Positions 12,629 to 26,900 are shown, counted from the stretch's first letter. The stretch is 64,000 nt of DNA from Phyllosticta citribraziliensis (GCF_038025025.1 NW_027117344.1:868001-932000), one strand, 5' to 3'. Notes: generated by a model not told the origin, from the letters alone. Numbers and translations are program-made.

Positions 12629-15554
12629 GTGGCTCCAAGCGGAACTGACCTTGAAGAACTTTTGCTTCATCCTATTACGACAGAATTCATAGAACAAGTC
12701 TCGGCGTGGTTTGAAGGCCGGGTTCCATTGGTCCCGGAAGGAATTGAGAGAGTGGCTTCAGGCTGGGCCACTCGGCGTTCGAGGCAACATTGGACGAATG
12801 CGGACAGGGCATGGTCGGGTTAATCGTGAGTTACAAAGGTCTCTACTTCCAAAGTAGATATACTCATTCTCAATGAAAGTTGAAAATTCTGGCTCCGGGC
12901 CCTCGAGGTGCATGTTTGCCCTCTGAAGGAATGCCACAGATCAAGTGAGTCCTGCTTACCCGAACGACGACGGCTTCAAGCCTGTTGGTGGGTTTTTACC
13001 CGACTGTAGAACACCGTGTGAGACTTGCATCCACGAGATGCCAGAGCAGCATCCAAGACCTGGTTGCTCTCTGCAGCGCCGGGTCTTGAACACAGCACGC
13101 GGCGTCTTGCCTTTGCATGTTGACAGCATGCAGCCAATAACCACCAAAACCGGCAGAGCGGCCCCATGCAGCCTCTTTGCACCCAGCACCTGCAACTCTC
13201 CAGCTCTCAGTACCCGACAGAGCGCACCCAACCCTACCTCATCCACGCACTCCCGCTCTCCGAATGCAAATATCATGCGGGATGCACGCGTGCAGTATTA
13301 GCCTCCACATCTATGTCCTGCCAAAGAACCGCTTTAGCCCCGATGGAGACCCCCTGACGACCCAATAGGAAAAAGAACAACATTGCCATGCCTTTGACAG
13401 GCGTCTGACGGCTTCGTATATCAGCAGCTTACTGCTTGACTTCGCCCCGTCGTCGCCCTGTTGGACCCGCTCCTGTCGCCAAAGGGAGCTCCCTCAATCG
13501 TGCTCATCTTTCATCCTAGGTTGGGGCTGAGAAACGAAAAATACCCCTGGCCACTGATGGCCCCCGTCTTTGCCAACCTAAATTCCCAGTCCGTAGCGAT
13601 GACCAGCCCACGCGAGCTGCACCGGACTTGCATCGCAGACAGGTGGGTACATAGCTAGGAAGCGGTGCGCCGGGCGGATGAACCCCCGGACACTCCCGGC
13701 ACAGCAGCGGCAAAGCAGCGGCGGGCAGTATTCCCCCTGTGGCGCTAAGAAATGTCGCGCAGACGCATCGGAGCAGGCTCAATGTTGATGAAATAATCAG
13801 TCGACCGGGACGAACCAGCAAAGGCAGGAGAAGACCAGCATCGCCATGACTGCGACAGCATGAACGGCCATGTCTGCCTGGCTGGATATGATATTTCCAG
13901 CAACCCCACTCAACCATCGCCGAAGCTACTCCTCCAACGTGCAGTCTGCGCAGGGGGTCCGCACCGCGTTGAAGTGAGGCGAGATGTCTCCAGGACGCCG
14001 GTCCCGACGTCCGTCGCTCTCAGTCACTCATCGCCAACCAAGCTGCTGACAAACAGGCCTGATGGACTCGGTTCGTCCGTTGCATTTTGTCTCCGTCGTC
14101 GACTTACTGCGCGTACCCACCTCGTCTCGAGAACCGCCCGGAAGTTTCTCGTCGAACCACTTCTTCGACTCGCGTCTTTCCCCCCCCCCCGTGCCCTCTA
14201 TTCTTGCTGCGCAGGTACGCCCGCGGTCTTCGTGTTCGCCCTGTCTCCGGTGCCCTCTTGCTCCGAGAACCACGGCATGCGAGGAAGCGGCGGCGCGTAG
14301 GCAAGCAAGCAAGCAAGCAGTCAAACATGGAAGCTTCCAGTTCCTGTCTGTCGTCATGTCCGGTCCCATGCCTCCAACCCCGAAGACCACGTCCATCAAT
14401 TCGATGCAGACACCTGCGTCTGTCGGGCCCGTGGCGCCCACGTGTGCACCGCATGAGCTACCTACGTTAGCTGGCCCGCCCGCAAGCGCGCACGCACGCA
14501 TACACGCGCCTCGCTTCTTTCTTTCTCTCTCATCCTTCCTTTGTTCTGCAGGTAGCTGAGGCATAGGTCGCTTGGCAGCCTTGACGGCCAGCTGGCTTCG
14601 CTCCGGCGCTCTGCCTCGGACTTAGGAGACGGCGTCTGGTGGTGGTTCGCACGTAAGCGGAGGGAAGGGCAAGAGGGCGGTTGAGGGTCATTTTGGGCTT
14701 GACAGGTAGATAGGTAGACAGGAAGGTAGGTGGCAGGTATGAGGGTGGGTAGGCGGGTGGATGTGAACGGACACCTTTCAACCAGCTGGACCAGCCTATT
14801 GCTTCATTTTCACAAAGGAGAACTAGCGTGTTATCTCAAAGACGAGCAAAACTCGTTCAAGGAGAAGACGGCAAAAAGTGAAGAGAAAACGACAGTCAGC
14901 TACCAAAGCAGAGGCCAACGCGATGAGACGTACGTCCAATCGCTAGGTCACGAAAGAATCTCAAGTCAAACCAGTGCCAGACTGATGCACCTATATAGCG
15001 TATATGGAACGCTGCACAAACAGACAAATCGCATGATGGTGGTAGTAGTGGCCCCGAATTGAATCGAACCAGCACCTCTCTGCCTTTCAAACACGTTCGT
15101 AGACATGGTATAGTGTGTGCCCCGCCCTTAACAGTAGCAGGTAAGGCACCTTATGTAGCGAGAAAAAGAACAAAAGCCGAATGAGTATAAAGTGCGAATG
15201 AACAGAATCTTGCCTCCCTCCCTTCTTCCTTCCTTCCCTGCATTCTGCCTTTCTTTCTTCCCCCTTACTGACAAGAGAGCCACCGACCGATCGATCCAAA
15301 AACACGGATATAAAGCAAGCAGGCAAGTCGTTATTACAAACAAAGAAAGGGAAACCAAAAAGGGGGGAAATGAGAACAGAAATGTGGTAGCGAGCGAGTG
15401 GGCGGTGCGTCTTCCATCGACCGTTTCTCTCCCCTCGCAATCTGTACAACGGCTTCTGAAGAAAAGGGGAACTCCCCGTGAAAGAAAAGCGGAATCCCCC
15501 GTAAAGATGGTAGTGGTAGCGCGTGCATGAGGAGGCGGGGACGGACGACATCCA

Positions 15555-18106
15555 TCACCCGCTCAACACGTCTCTTATGTTCAACTTCCTTCTCTTGCCA
15601 CCCTCTTCTCTCTCCCGCTCTCTGTCGTGCTCTCTTTCCTTCTCCCTTTCTCTTTCTCTCTCTCTTTCCCTCTCCCTTTCTCTCTCCCACCCTTCCACAT
15701 CTCTCCCCGGCCGTCCTGCTCGCTCGCCAAAAGCCGTCGGCGTCTGGACCCCCTGATCGCGGGTACGTCCGCCTGGCGTGGCGCGTCCACTCCTACTGGG
15801 CAGCGGCTCGAGCAGCACGTCGCGGCCCGCAGCACCGGCGTCGTGGTGCGCAAAGTAGCTGCTTGCCCGGTAGAGCGACGCTGGCGGCGTGGGTGTGGGT
15901 CTGTGGCTGGATTCCGTGCCGGTGTGGACGTGGCCCTGCTGTTGATGGTGGTGGTGTTGGTGGTGATGTGATAATGATGGCCCAGCTGCGCGTTGCTGAT
16001 GTGCTGCTGTTGCAGAGCTCGAGCCGTGGCCGTAGAAAGAAGGCGATGGTAGTGCCGAGGATGGCTGCGCGTGCATCTGCATCTGCACCTGTCCGCCGCC
16101 GCCACCGCCGCCACCGCTGCCACTACTCCCGCCAAAATAGCGAGGTTCAGTATAGTGGTACGGATCGCGGTTCGAACGGGTAGGACCTTCATGTGCGCCT
16201 CGAAGAGAGGGAAGTGTGTCCCCGCCACCGCTGCTGCTGCCCGCAATGTGGTACTGTTCTGGTGCCGACCCGCTGCTGGACCAGCTAGAAGGGCGGAAGC
16301 GAGGTGCTGTGGCCGACGAGCTCGAGGGCTGCTGCTGATGTGTGTGGGAGGGGTGTGAAAGAGCCGGCGTGGGCATGGACGGCGCGGGCAGTGACGAGCT
16401 CATCGCTTGGAAGCTAAAGTATGACGAATAGGGCGAAGAGGGTTGGGAGACTGTAGTCAGGGGAGAGCCTTGCAGGTCGCGCGGTTCGTGGGAGGTCGGG
16501 AAAGGATATTCGGTCGAGGTAGGAGTGCGGACGGCTGCGCCGGAGGGAGTGTAGTGTTGGTGCGTCGAGACAAGCGAGTTGTTTGGTGTCGCAAATAGAG
16601 GAGTAGGGCGTCGTTCGGGAGTCTGAGACTGAGGGCTCTGTGGGGGATATGGGGGAAGGATGAGGGATACAAAGTAGATGGAGGTTTTTGCTAGACGTAT
16701 GTTGACCTGAATATCGCGAGGTCCAATGAAGAGAGATTTGAAGCGGCAGGTGAAGATGCGGTTACTGTAGGCCTGGCTGAGTCGATCGACGTCGTCGTCT
16801 TCCACAGACTGCAGTATTTCGCGCTCCTGTGGAGCAAATATTGGCGCAAGGTAGGCTGGTTCGACTCGGTCTCGTTCCTCCCGCAGCTCACTGCGGAGTC
16901 TTTGAAACATGTCCAAGGGGTTTGCTTCGATTAGGTCGGCCAGTTCATAGTCTTGCATATCTTTCCGACCAAAGAGATTGTTGAAGGCGGTATTCGTCTT
17001 TACAATGCGGAGATCCAGGTTCAGCAGCGCTATTGGTGTAACGAAGTACGGTCTCGGGGAAGCTGGTGGTGGGTATTGGGCCAAACGTCTCTCGGACAGG
17101 GGACTGGGTGCCAGACGCGTTCCTGAGAAGTGACTACTTGTCGGCAAGCCTGACATTCTACGATTAGCTCTGAGCGGTCGAATTGGCTCGGGCCTTGCAA
17201 GCCCTGGCACGATCCCTGAGATGGCCGAGTGCTCACTCGTTGAAGCGGATGGTTCCAGCTCATTTTGACTGGAGCTGTCGTGTGCGTCTCGAAGCCTTGG
17301 TCGTCCTCGTTTCTTGTGCTGTACGTCGAAGCAAGTGCCCTGCAATGGTTGAGAAAGTTAGCAAAGAAAGATGCAGCATCGTCGGGTTCTCGCACCTCTT
17401 TCCCAGAAGCCACGCAGCGCATGCATGGCCGTTGAACATCGCAACTCAGGTGGGCTCGTTTGCAATTGACACAGGCCGAGGCAACGTGAGCCTTGTTTCG
17501 GCGAGCAGTCTTTTGGTTTCGAAGGGGGATCTGGCCCGCGAGAGCTCCGTCCTGGGGAACAGAAGCAAGTGTTGGTCCACCGTAGCTAGAGCCGAAACCG
17601 CCAGTCCTTGCAAGAGACGGGTAGCCGAATGGACCCATTTGGGGCGCTCGTGGCTCTGCAAGCATTGAAGCGGTGGGGAGTCTTTCCTGAATTGCCAGAT
17701 TTCGCGGGTCCTGTGGCGGATCACTTGTATTGGACGCTGTAGGTTCCCGTTGAGTTTGATAAATCCTCCTTGGTTGTAGCTCCACTTGGCGAGGCTCGAG
17801 CCGTCCCGACAAACGGTTCCCAGGTTCCTCAGATGCAGGCCCCTGGGGGTGCCGGTGCTCATGCTGCTCCGGGAAGCGGTCGAATTTTTCCTTCTGCTGG
17901 TGATGCGTTCTCGCCCGTGGTGGTGGTGACGGCGGCTTGTCTGACATGGGAGGGGACGGGTAACTCTGCTGCAGTTCGGACGCGGCAGAATTGGGTCCGT
18001 ATGAGGCTTCCCCACGGCCGCTCGGGCTCAGTTTCCCGGAATGCTGAAGGTGTCCAATGGACGGCGCGACAAAGCTCGAACAAGGAGGTAGCTCCAGTAC
18101 ATGCAT
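15555..18106 (-). CDS. Zn(II)2Cys6 binuclear-cluster transcription factor with a putative PAS-like domain
   Basis: Two exons joined across an intron at about 17395-17340 give CVNCKRAHLSCDVQRPCMRCVASGKEGTC followed by the basic KKRGRPR. The downstream PIALLNLDLRIVKTNTAFNNLFG is PAS-like. The C-terminus is low complexity with an ER dipeptide run. The start codon is uncertain. Confidence 0.85.
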
Positions 18107-20408
18107 AGCGCCAGAGGGCCAGGTACACAGCGAATGACGTTTTGCGCCTTGTAGATGGGCGCGCTCTGTTTACCACGCGGCTATAGTGGAGTGGGTCAGT
18201 GGTCCTGGTCGGGGTCGTTTGATGACCATGTATGCGGTGGATTGTGAGTTATGTAGCTCGAGCACGTCTGTTACGGGGTGGTTCCTTGTCAGTCGTATGT
18301 CTTGGAGATTTGCTGGCGAGTAGCACGAGAGATATTTGGGAAAAAAAGGACCTCCCAGACATGCAGTACGCAGGAGAATAGATGGGGTCAATACCTAGGA
18401 GTGACGACAACCCTGGGCGTTTGAGGCGGGCAGGGCCCCGGCGCGCACGCACTCTCTTTTTTTCTTTATTTTTGTTTCCTCTCAGCTTGTGCAGGTAATG
18501 ACTGACGGATGATGTGCCGGGAAGGGCTCGAGCAAAAGAAAAAGCACACAGGCCCCCGAGGAACGGGCCTCAGAGTTGCATCAAAGGCAAGTTCTGCACA
18601 TGGAACGTCGTGCGGGCCCCACGAGGACCAAGGGGCAGCGAACCGGGGAATGGCTGTCAGCGACGAGGGCAGCGCAAGCCAGTGGTGGAGGCAGGAGAAG
18701 AAACAGCAAAAAAGAGAGAGCAAGCAAGAAGAGACCCTGTCCAAGCTGGTGATCACGGCAATAAGAGAAGGCGAGAGATCGGCTTGGGCGCTCTGCGGAT
18801 TAGGTGCTTAGATCTCCCCCTCTAGATCCTGGTTGACAGTTGCATAATTGGACGACGGCCGTGCCACGAGGCCCGTTGCCGGGTCGGTTCACGGCCGTGG
18901 GGACGAGCGAGTGAGGTGCATTGCGGCGCGGCGCGAGACGGGGCATGGGGCGTGGTGGAGCTGGTGGACGACAGTTTCGCTCCGGCTGATCATGGTGTCG
19001 GTCAAGCGGGCGCCCACGGGCAATGGAGGCGAGCAGGCAATCAAGCAAGCAAGCAAGCTTTGATCAGATCGAGGGCGTGCTCGAGCAAATCTGGCAGTTG
19101 TCGGATCCGCCGCAGGCGTTCAGGCAGTCCGTGTGGGCGTGGCAGTTGGGCGGGCAGGCGGGCGCTGACAGAGCCTTGCTCACGTTGAGGAAAGAGAGCA
19201 TGGCTGGCTAAGGTAATGGAGGGCCCCCGGGGGCGTGCTTGGCTCGAGGTCAGCTCCAATAGTTGGCGGTGGCATCAGAGAGGCGTTCGTTTCTTTTGAT
19301 CGGCTGGTCGACGAGTCCGATAGGAGGGCCCCCATGAGGATTGCGAGCATGGAGATTGCGAAGGTGGCTTTCTCACAGACAAGGCCCTGCAGGGGCAGGC
19401 TGGCAGTGCTATTGGAGAAGGGCCGGTCTCCTTCTGTTTGTGGTTCAGCTTTTCTCCACGCTGTCACCGGGACTGCAGATCTCGTTCGACTCACTCGCTT
19501 TGCTTCTTCCCGAGGCCCCCGCCGTCAACGATTGCAAGCTGCAGCCACAAGCAGCAGCGCGGATGAGGCTTGGGCCGATGGTGGGAATGGTCGCCTTTGG
19601 GGCAAGCGGCGGCAATTGGTCACAAGAAGCAAGCCGATGCACGCAGGGGAGCCGTGACGAATCGAGCGTCATGTCATGTGGAGTGGCGGGCGTGGGCGTC
19701 GCCTCGGTCAGCGTCCATGGCCGCGTTCCGAGTCCGTTCCAAGTAATCAAAGTCCCGGAGCAGATGCCATGGCTTGCGCATACAACGGCGTCTAGGGGCC
19801 TGGGCCATGATCGTCCTGATGTGTAGGCGGAGCGAGAGTCGACGGGCCAACTTGGCTGCGTTGACGGCGGGAGGATGCATCAGTGAGGATAGGGCTGCTT
19901 GTCATTGTCCGTCTGTGCTTGGATGATTTTTTATTCTTCATCCGTCGTGGTGTTGGTCTAGGCAACGTTGATGTGGAGGCTGAAAATCCTTCAAGGGTGG
20001 TTTTTCCTGAGACTCAGACGACACGCGACAGAGGCTCTGCTGTTCTGTCGAGGGGGGACGCCCAGATTATGCTGAGGATGAGAGGAGTGCTTTTTTTCCC
20101 TCTCGTCGTTGTTGGACAAGGGGGGTTGAGGGCATAAGCGACGGAATTGGAATTGGGCGTGGTTGTCAGGAAAGACGGAGCGGGTGCCTAGCGAGTGGTC
20201 TGGTCTGGTCTGGTCTGGTCGGTGTGGTGGCGCCGGCCGGCAGCGTGGCAATTATTCTCCCTCTGGATCCTGTTCCAAGGTACATGTACATGTTAATCTC
20301 CATTTGGATGGTGGAGTGGGCGAGGAGGAGCAGCGCAGTGGAGGTGGACATGGATTTGCATTAGCATTGCCGCCGGAGCGCGCGCACCCTGGCCCTTGTC
20401 AGGTTGCT

Positions 20409-20409
<1 letters not shown>

Positions 20410-20439
<30 letters not shown>
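20410..20439. repeat. Microsatellite (CCCTGT)5
   Basis: Read directly. Confidence 0.85.
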
Positions 20440-20441
<2 letters not shown>

Positions 20442-21566
20442 ATATCCCAAGGCCCCTGTCCCTCTCGCCGCCGCCCTGGTCCTTGTCGGCCATGCGCTGG
20501 AACTGCTGATTCAGCTCACAATGCTTTTCTGTACGTATGCACATGTAAGTTGGTTGCCTCTTCACGCCCCGTGGGTTGCCATCCATCAGCACGACCTGAC
20601 CTGACCTGACCTATCCCGACGCCCCTCTGGATGCTAAGTTAGCTATACTATCGAAAGCACAGTTCCCTACAGAGCAGCCGAGGGCAAATGCAGAGGCGAC
20701 GGATGGATCCACCCGGGCCGCGGACCAAAAATAAAGAGAGCGAGCGCGCCAACGAAAACAAACAGTCGTCATCTCCGAAGTCGTTTCTGAATCTCCAGCG
20801 GCTCGGGCGCTTGCGGCTGATCCACCATGGCGTCGCATGATGTCTGGGTCGTTGAGCACAGCACACCCCCACAGCCGAAAAGGGCCAGAAGCCGGCAGAC
20901 TGCCGATCCCAAACCAACACCACAAAAAGCACCATGATTATTCCTGTCACACGCACGCCCGACACAACCTGCTCTCTTCTCTTTCCGAAATTTGGTGGCT
21001 GCAACGCCTGTCTTGTCTCTCCTCCCGCCCGAGTGGAATGGGATGCCCTCTCTGCGCGTGCTCGCCCATGTCCATGCGCCAAGCCGTCATCCTGCAATGG
21101 ATGGATGGCTGGCTGCGGAGAATAAAATCAAATCTCACAGACAGACACCACCTCAGGGAGAATGGGTCAGGTAGCGTAGCTCCGTGCCCTAGTTCTCCTC
21201 TACGTGGCCCAAACCCCGTCCCCCATTTCCTCATGTGGCACAGCAGCATGCCGCTGCCCTCGCCGTGGAAGTATCCCCGCCCGCCCTTCATTATATCTCT
21301 TCCCTCTTGGTCCCCGTCTCCAAATAGATGTCGAATTCCTTTGAGTCTCTCCGCCCGAAATGTCCATCGCTCACCAAGTGCTGATTGCTAACCTGGCCCG
21401 TCATCCCGGCCCATGCTCATTTCTCTTCGCCTTTCTCGATTCGTCCCGCACCGCTGCCCTGCTGCCTCGTCTAAGTACCTACCTTACCCACCCAAGCTAG
21501 CCCTCGACATGTGCATTGAGAGCTTTTGCCCCCTTTCGGACCATTGACGGCAAGCTACGTATAGAT

Positions 21567-21596
<30 letters not shown>
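21567..21596. repeat. Microsatellite (GCA)10
   Basis: Read directly. Confidence 0.9.
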
Positions 21597-21599
<3 letters not shown>

Positions 21600-21822
21600 A
21601 GGGTGAAAAGGCCACTCCGACATCACAACCCATCTGCTCGGGTTACAGCCGAGGTGGACAATATTAGGGAGACGTGCGTAAGCTCTCATTCGAGCTGGCA
21701 GATCGACACTCGTCTCGCTGTCTTTGACCGTTACCATCCTAATCAAGAAGACGCTTGATTCCCTTCCCCTCATCCTTGACCTGGCTGCCATGCACCACCG
21801 CTCAACCGCCAGTACCCGCTGC

Positions 21823-21858
21823 CCACCACCACCACCACCACCACCACCACCACCACCA
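21823..21858. repeat. Microsatellite (CCA)12 just downstream of the DBP10 stop
   Basis: Read directly. Confidence 0.9.
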
Positions 21859-21900
21859 TGACGGCTACATGCTTTCCTAGTGCCCTGCTTCCCCACACGT

Positions 21901-24705
21901 TTAGAACTTCCTCTTCTTCGATGGTCTCGCGTTCTTCGCCCTCTTCCTCTCCTCCAGCGCCCGCGACTTGCGCACATCGTCCACGCCCTTGAGCTCGCTC
22001 TTGGCCCCCACGCCGTCCCTGAACCGCCCGACGCGCTTCTCCTTGGCCTCGTTGACCCTCTTCTTGCGCTCCTGGTAGTCGTCGCGGTACCTGTCCGCCT
22101 CCTTGGGCGCCTTGACCATCTTGTGCTTGAACCGCCTTCCACCAGCGCCCGCATCGCCAGCTCCTGGGAACGACGACGAAGACTCCAATTCGCCCGAGCG
22201 CTGCATGCGCCCGACCTTGTTCGTCTTCTTCCACGCCTCGAAGCGCCCCGAGCGGAAACTGGCCGGAATCTTTTGCCCGCTCTCGCCAACAATCATCTTG
22301 GCGCCCTTGCTGCCGTCCTCGTCGTTGGCCCGCGCAACGTACTTTCTGCCCTTCTTGTCCCATCGCATTCCGCGCGGCCGGCTCGCCTCGCCGAACCCGC
22401 GCGCTTCGTCGTTCCCCAGGTCCATGGCCGCGCCTCGTGCTTCTTCTACAAACCCGCCTCCTCCTCTGCCCCCTGACTTGTCGGCTCCTCCGCTGTGAAC
22501 TCCGTATCCACGCGACTCTGCCAGATTGAGCGTCTTGGGCGTGTACGACATGAAGTGCTCCGGGTCCTGCCATGCGGCCGCCGACACGGTCTTTTTCTTG
22601 TCAGACTGCGGGTTGGAAAAGGTGATTTCCAGCTCGTCTTCTGACGCCGATGCCATGTCGACATCGACGTCTGCGTTGCCAAAGACATCGTCCATGTCGT
22701 CTCCGCTGTCGTCTTCTCCGTCCTCGTCGTTGCCCTTTTTGCCCAGTGACATGCCGTGTGCTTTCGCAGCCGCCGCGTCGGCAGCCTGCTGGCGTCGTCG
22801 CGGTTCAATCTTTGCTCGCCTTTGGCGCATGACTTCGGCCGCTTCTTCGGCCTGGCCCCTTTTGCCAATTTCAAAAATTGTTTCGGTGGGCCGGAAGCCA
22901 CTGATGCGAGCAAGCATCTTTTCCCTCTCCACCTCTGCCTTGTCCATCTCGTCGTTGAACAACATGTTGAGCTCCGCGACTGCCTCGGATGATGCAAGCT
23001 CCTTGGCCCGTTTGGCGCTCTCGCTCGATGCCGAGTTGCGCGTGCGCATGTAGAGCTTCTCACCCTTTGCCGCGACGACGCGAAGGTTTGCCAGGTCAGC
23101 GTCCTCGTCGAGCAGCTTGTTCACCCATTCGCAGCCCTGCGACAGCTTGTTGCGGACGAAGCCTCCGACTACGACGTCGTTGGCAAAGCTTACGGGTTCA
23201 TCCGTCCGACCCACGACCAGCTTGCGGCTCAGGAACAGCTGCAGGTCGATGAGGTACGGCAGGTCCGAGTTGCTAACCAGGCTGTAGGACCAACCCTTGC
23301 GGCCTGCACGCGCCGTGCGGCCGACGCGATGCACGAAGATTTTAGGTTGCGCCGGAAAATCATAGTTGATGACATTGGCGAGCATGGGCATGTCGATACC
23401 ACGTGCAGCTACGTCGGTGACAACGAGAATGTTTGTCAAACCGGCACGGAACTCGTTGACTTGGATTTTTCGCGCAGTTTGGTCAAGCGAACCATAGACG
23501 TGTGAAACGGCATAGCCAGAGGCGCGCAGCAGCTGCGTGAGGTACTCAACATGGTGTTTGGTGGCGGCGAAAATGATCGTCGAGTGCTCGGTGGGCGAGT
23601 CGGTAGCGCTGGGGGCGTCGGATTCGCGCTTGCGCTTCTTGCTTTTTGAATCGCTCTTCTTTTCCCTTGACTTTTTGGTGGCTTCTGTCTCGCCCAGCGG
23701 GATCTTGATCACGTCGGACAGAATGTGAATCAGTGCTCCTTCTTTCTCCGCACTCTTGACCATGAAATAAGCGCTCTCAAGATCAGGAGAAACCTTGCTC
23801 TCTGCGTCCAGGCGGACGAGTTTAGGCTCCTGCAGACCGGCTCTCGCAAATTCAACCAGAGACTTGGGAAGTGTGGCGGAAAACAAGAGTGTCTGTCTGC
23901 TGGCTGGGAGCGCGTGCAGAATCTCAGCTAGTTGCGTTGCGAAACCCATTTCGAAGAGGCGATCTGCTTCGTCGAAAACGATGTACTGGATCGACGAAAG
24001 ATCCAAATCCATCTCCACCTTCAAGTGCAGGAAACGACCAGGAGTTGCGATGATGATGTCTGGGTTAGTTGCCATGGAAGAGAACTGGTCCTCGAGACTG
24101 TCACCGCCGACGAGGAGGATTGTTCTCAAATCTGTGCCACGTCCTAGCTCTTTCACGACCTTTAAGGTCTGGAGCGCCAATTCGCGAGACGGCGACATGA
24201 CGATTGCTCTCGCGCCAACCTTTGCGCTGTGTTTCTTCAACTTCTCGATCATTGGAACGACGAAAGCGGCCGTCTTTCCCGAACCAGTTCTGGCCATGCC
24301 CACAACGTCCTGGCCTTCCAACAGCAGGGGGATAGTCTTTCTCTGAATCGGAGTTGGGACCGAAAATCCTTTCCTTGTGATGGCCTTCAGCAAGTTGGCA
24401 TTCAGGCCCATGGCCTGGAATCCACCACCTTTCTTCACCGTTCTGCCTTTGAGATTCGAAGACTTGCGGTTCGCCGCCGCCATCTGGTCTGCGATAAACG
24501 CCTCATCGTCGCTATTATCTTCGCCAGCGCCACCGCCACCCAAGTTCAATTCTGCTTCGATGTCGGCGAGGTCGTCTTTGCTTGGCTTCTTCTTCCTCCG
24601 AGGGGCGGTGTCTTCGAATTCCCCATCGCTCACGTCGCCAACTAGGTTTTTCGAAATGTCGAACTCGTTTTCGGACAGCGCCGGAGAAGCATCGCGGTGC
24701 GGCAT
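21901..24705 (-). CDS. DBP10: ATP-dependent DEAD-box RNA helicase Dbp10 (60S biogenesis)
   Basis: Single 934-aa ORF with [27 protein letters not shown] and HRVGRTAR, plus the DBP10 C-terminal motif [11 protein letters not shown]...[21 protein letters not shown]. Confidence 0.96.
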   Translation of the reverse strand: MPHRDASPALSENEFDISKNLVGDVSDGEFEDTAPRRKKKPSKDDLADIEAELNLGGGGAGEDNSDDEAFIADQMAAANRKSSNLKGRTVKKGGGFQAMGLNANLLKAITRKGFSVPTPIQRKTIPLLLEGQDVVGMARTGSGKTAAFVVPMIEKLKKHSAKVGARAIVMSPSRELALQTLKVVKELGRGTDLRTILLVGGDSLEDQFSSMATNPDIIIATPGRFLHLKVEMDLDLSSIQYIVFDEADRLFEMGFATQLAEILHALPASRQTLLFSATLPKSLVEFARAGLQEPKLVRLDAESKVSPDLESAYFMVKSAEKEGALIHILSDVIKIPLGETEATKKSREKKSDSKSKKRKRESDAPSATDSPTEHSTIIFAATKHHVEYLTQLLRASGYAVSHVYGSLDQTARKIQVNEFRAGLTNILVVTDVAARGIDMPMLANVINYDFPAQPKIFVHRVGRTARAGRKGWSYSLVSNSDLPYLIDLQLFLSRKLVVGRTDEPVSFANDVVVGGFVRNKLSQGCEWVNKLLDEDADLANLRVVAAKGEKLYMRTRNSASSESAKRAKELASSEAVAELNMLFNDEMDKAEVEREKMLARISGFRPTETIFEIGKRGQAEEAAEVMRQRRAKIEPRRRQQAADAAAAKAHGMSLGKKGNDEDGEDDSGDDMDDVFGNADVDVDMASASEDELEITFSNPQSDKKKTVSAAAWQDPEHFMSYTPKTLNLAESRGYGVHSGGADKSGGRGGGGFVEEARGAAMDLGNDEARGFGEASRPRGMRWDKKGRKYVARANDEDGSKGAKMIVGESGQKIPASFRSGRFEAWKKTNKVGRMQRSGELESSSSFPGAGDAGAGGRRFKHKMVKAPKEADRYRDDYQERKKRVNEAKEKRVGRFRDGVGAKSELKGVDDVRKSRALEERKRAKNARPSKKRKF

Positions 24706-24990
24706 CTTATGGTCGGTTTTCGAAGGGTTTGAGGGCCGGCTGTGCTGCGCGGCAGTGTGGTGTGTAAAGTCGCAGCGCCTGGCAAAATAATTCTGGACAG
24801 GGTAGGGCAGCCCGAAATCTTGGCGAGCTAGCGACTCATGGCACTATCGATAAGAGGTTGCTGCCTAAGGAACAAAGTGTAATTTGCAGGGAGTCGCGTT
24901 CACCAGCCGCGGGCGCGTTTGCGCGTCGGCGAGGTTCGTGTTGACTCCATCCCACCCACCCGCTCTACAACTTCATCGCCACCGATCGCA

Positions 24991-25999
24991 ATGGGTATGC
25001 ATATACTGCATCCTTTTTGAACTGCCATGACGACACTGCTAATGTCCTTCACTTTCAGACTACGGAAACAACTACGGCAACAACTACTCGACGACCTCGT
25101 ACGGCGCTCAAGGCGGTGCCGATGGTGGAGGCTTCTTCCCAGGTGGTGGCAGTCAAGGAAGTCCTGGAAGCGCGTCCAAGGTAGAATATCTTGCACTCCG
25201 CGTGTTGACATGACTGACAATCTGCAGGGCTATGCAAAGGACACCCTCAGACCAGTCACGATCAAGCAACTCAACGAGGCACACAACACTCACGAATCCG
25301 AGTTCACCATCGACGGCCAAGACATATCGCAGGTAGAGGCACACACGATAGAACACTCCGAGAGCCCGGACTGAGTCTGTACAGATTACCTTCGTCGGAC
25401 AGATCCGCAACATCTCGCAACAAAGCACAAACATAACATACAAGTTCGACGACGGCACCGGCACGGTTGAGGTCAAGCAGTGGATCGACTCGGAAGCCGA
25501 GAACCCACTTGAGTCGGGCGACACTAAGCTTACAGAAAACGCATACGCTCGCGTGTTTGGCAAGCTGAAAATTTACGGCACCAAGCGCCACGTCGGTGGC
25601 CACATTGTTCGCCCCCTCTCCGATTACAACGAAGTCCAGTATCACCTGCTGGAAGCGACAGCCGTCCATCTCTCTCTTACGAGAAGTCCGCCTGGAGGCG
25701 AGGCAAAGTCTGCACACAATGCCAACGGCAATGCGGGCGTTGACCACCCTATGGGCGGATACGATGCGGGCAGTCACCCTGCTAACCATTCCGGCCTCAG
25801 CAGGGACGCACAGAAGGTGTTGGAGGTTATGCGGACAGCGCCACAGGGCAACGAGGGCTTGCACATGCAGGATATTTCTTTGCAGGCCCACATGGACATG
25901 ATGGACCTTGCGAAGGCGGGTGACGAACTGCTGGGGGCTGGACTCATCTACACGACCGTCGACGACACGACCTGGGCGATGCTTGATGGTATTCATTGA
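24991..25999 (+). CDS. RFA2: Replication protein A 32-kDa subunit
   Basis: Exons 24991-24994, 25059-25180, 25228-25332 and 25385-25999. OB fold (TLRPVTIKQL, ITFVGQIRNI, YKFDDGTGTVEVKQW, NEVQYHLLEA) and winged-helix tail (GLIYTTVDD). Confidence 0.93.
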
Positions 26000-26122
26000 A
26001 GTTTGATCTATGTTTCCACGAGGATCGAGGAGGAAGTGCGTCTGTAGTTGCTCACATGGCATGGGTACGTCGAAAATGGCTTGGGGAAAATCGTTAATTC
26101 ATGGAGCTTACGAGGTCGCAGC

Positions 26123-26900
26123 TCATTTGTTCGCTTTTGCGTTGGTGGATAGAAACAATATGCAGGCTGCAACAATGGCTATTGCCACAACGGTGAAGAC
26201 CTGTTTCGATAATGAGTCACAAGGGATACATACAACTTTGAGGGAAAATCTTACGGTTTGAGTCTTCCATCCCGATTGCACCAGGGCGCGTCTCGTACTG
26301 TATCGAGTTACAGTGTGTATATAATTCGCCATTCCTGACGCAAGACACGCCAGGGACAACAGCCAAAATATGATTCCAAATGGCAGCGCCATCCGCTTCT
26401 CTGAAAGGTGTGTCAGTAAGGAACCCCAAGCTTCAGATTCGCCCTTGCAAAGGGAAGGGATATGTGAAATCCTGCTTCACTCACGTGACATACCAAAATC
26501 AGACGGCTCATTTTTAACGTGGAAACTGATGACTATGGCGACCGAAACGATTGCCATGTATATAGAGAGGCGGAGCCATGAGAGGAATGCTTGATGTGCA
26601 CGTCAGACTCGAGCCAGGAAAAGATGAGTTGCAGCCATACTCCGTTCGTTCGCACAATGGTCTCTGGCGTCCGAGGTGTTGTTTGCAAACAGAAGAGGTC
26701 CAAGTAACGGGCGCTCTGTGAAGACGAATCGATCGTAGTTGTTATCTCTTGGACATGTCCGTCAAATTAGCCAGCTTGCTCCAAACACTGCAGCGTGCCA
26801 CGCACTGGTTGATGATGACGGGCGTTGTTGGCAAAACGTGGTAAAATGGATTGTACGCCTCGTGCAACAGATCTTCATCTGTGTACTGGACGGTTGTCAT
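26123..26900 (-). CDS. DUF202-family small membrane protein
   Basis: Multi-exon gene. The spliced product contains GPLLFANNTSDARDHCANERTFLSWLRLS (DUF202 hallmark ANERTFLxW) and three hydrophobic helices, ending ...LFLSTNAKANK*. Confidence 0.8.

Noticed and set aside
12700..15500. Short ORFs between SPF31 and the Zn2Cys6 gene
   Set aside because: Low-complexity, UTR-like sequence with no motifs or coherent exon chain.
21555..23252. Several long overlapping or antisense ORFs over DBP10 (similar ones occur over DBP4, VPS11, ALDH and PUT2)
   Set aside because: Shadow ORFs produced by GC-rich codon bias of the real genes; no domains.
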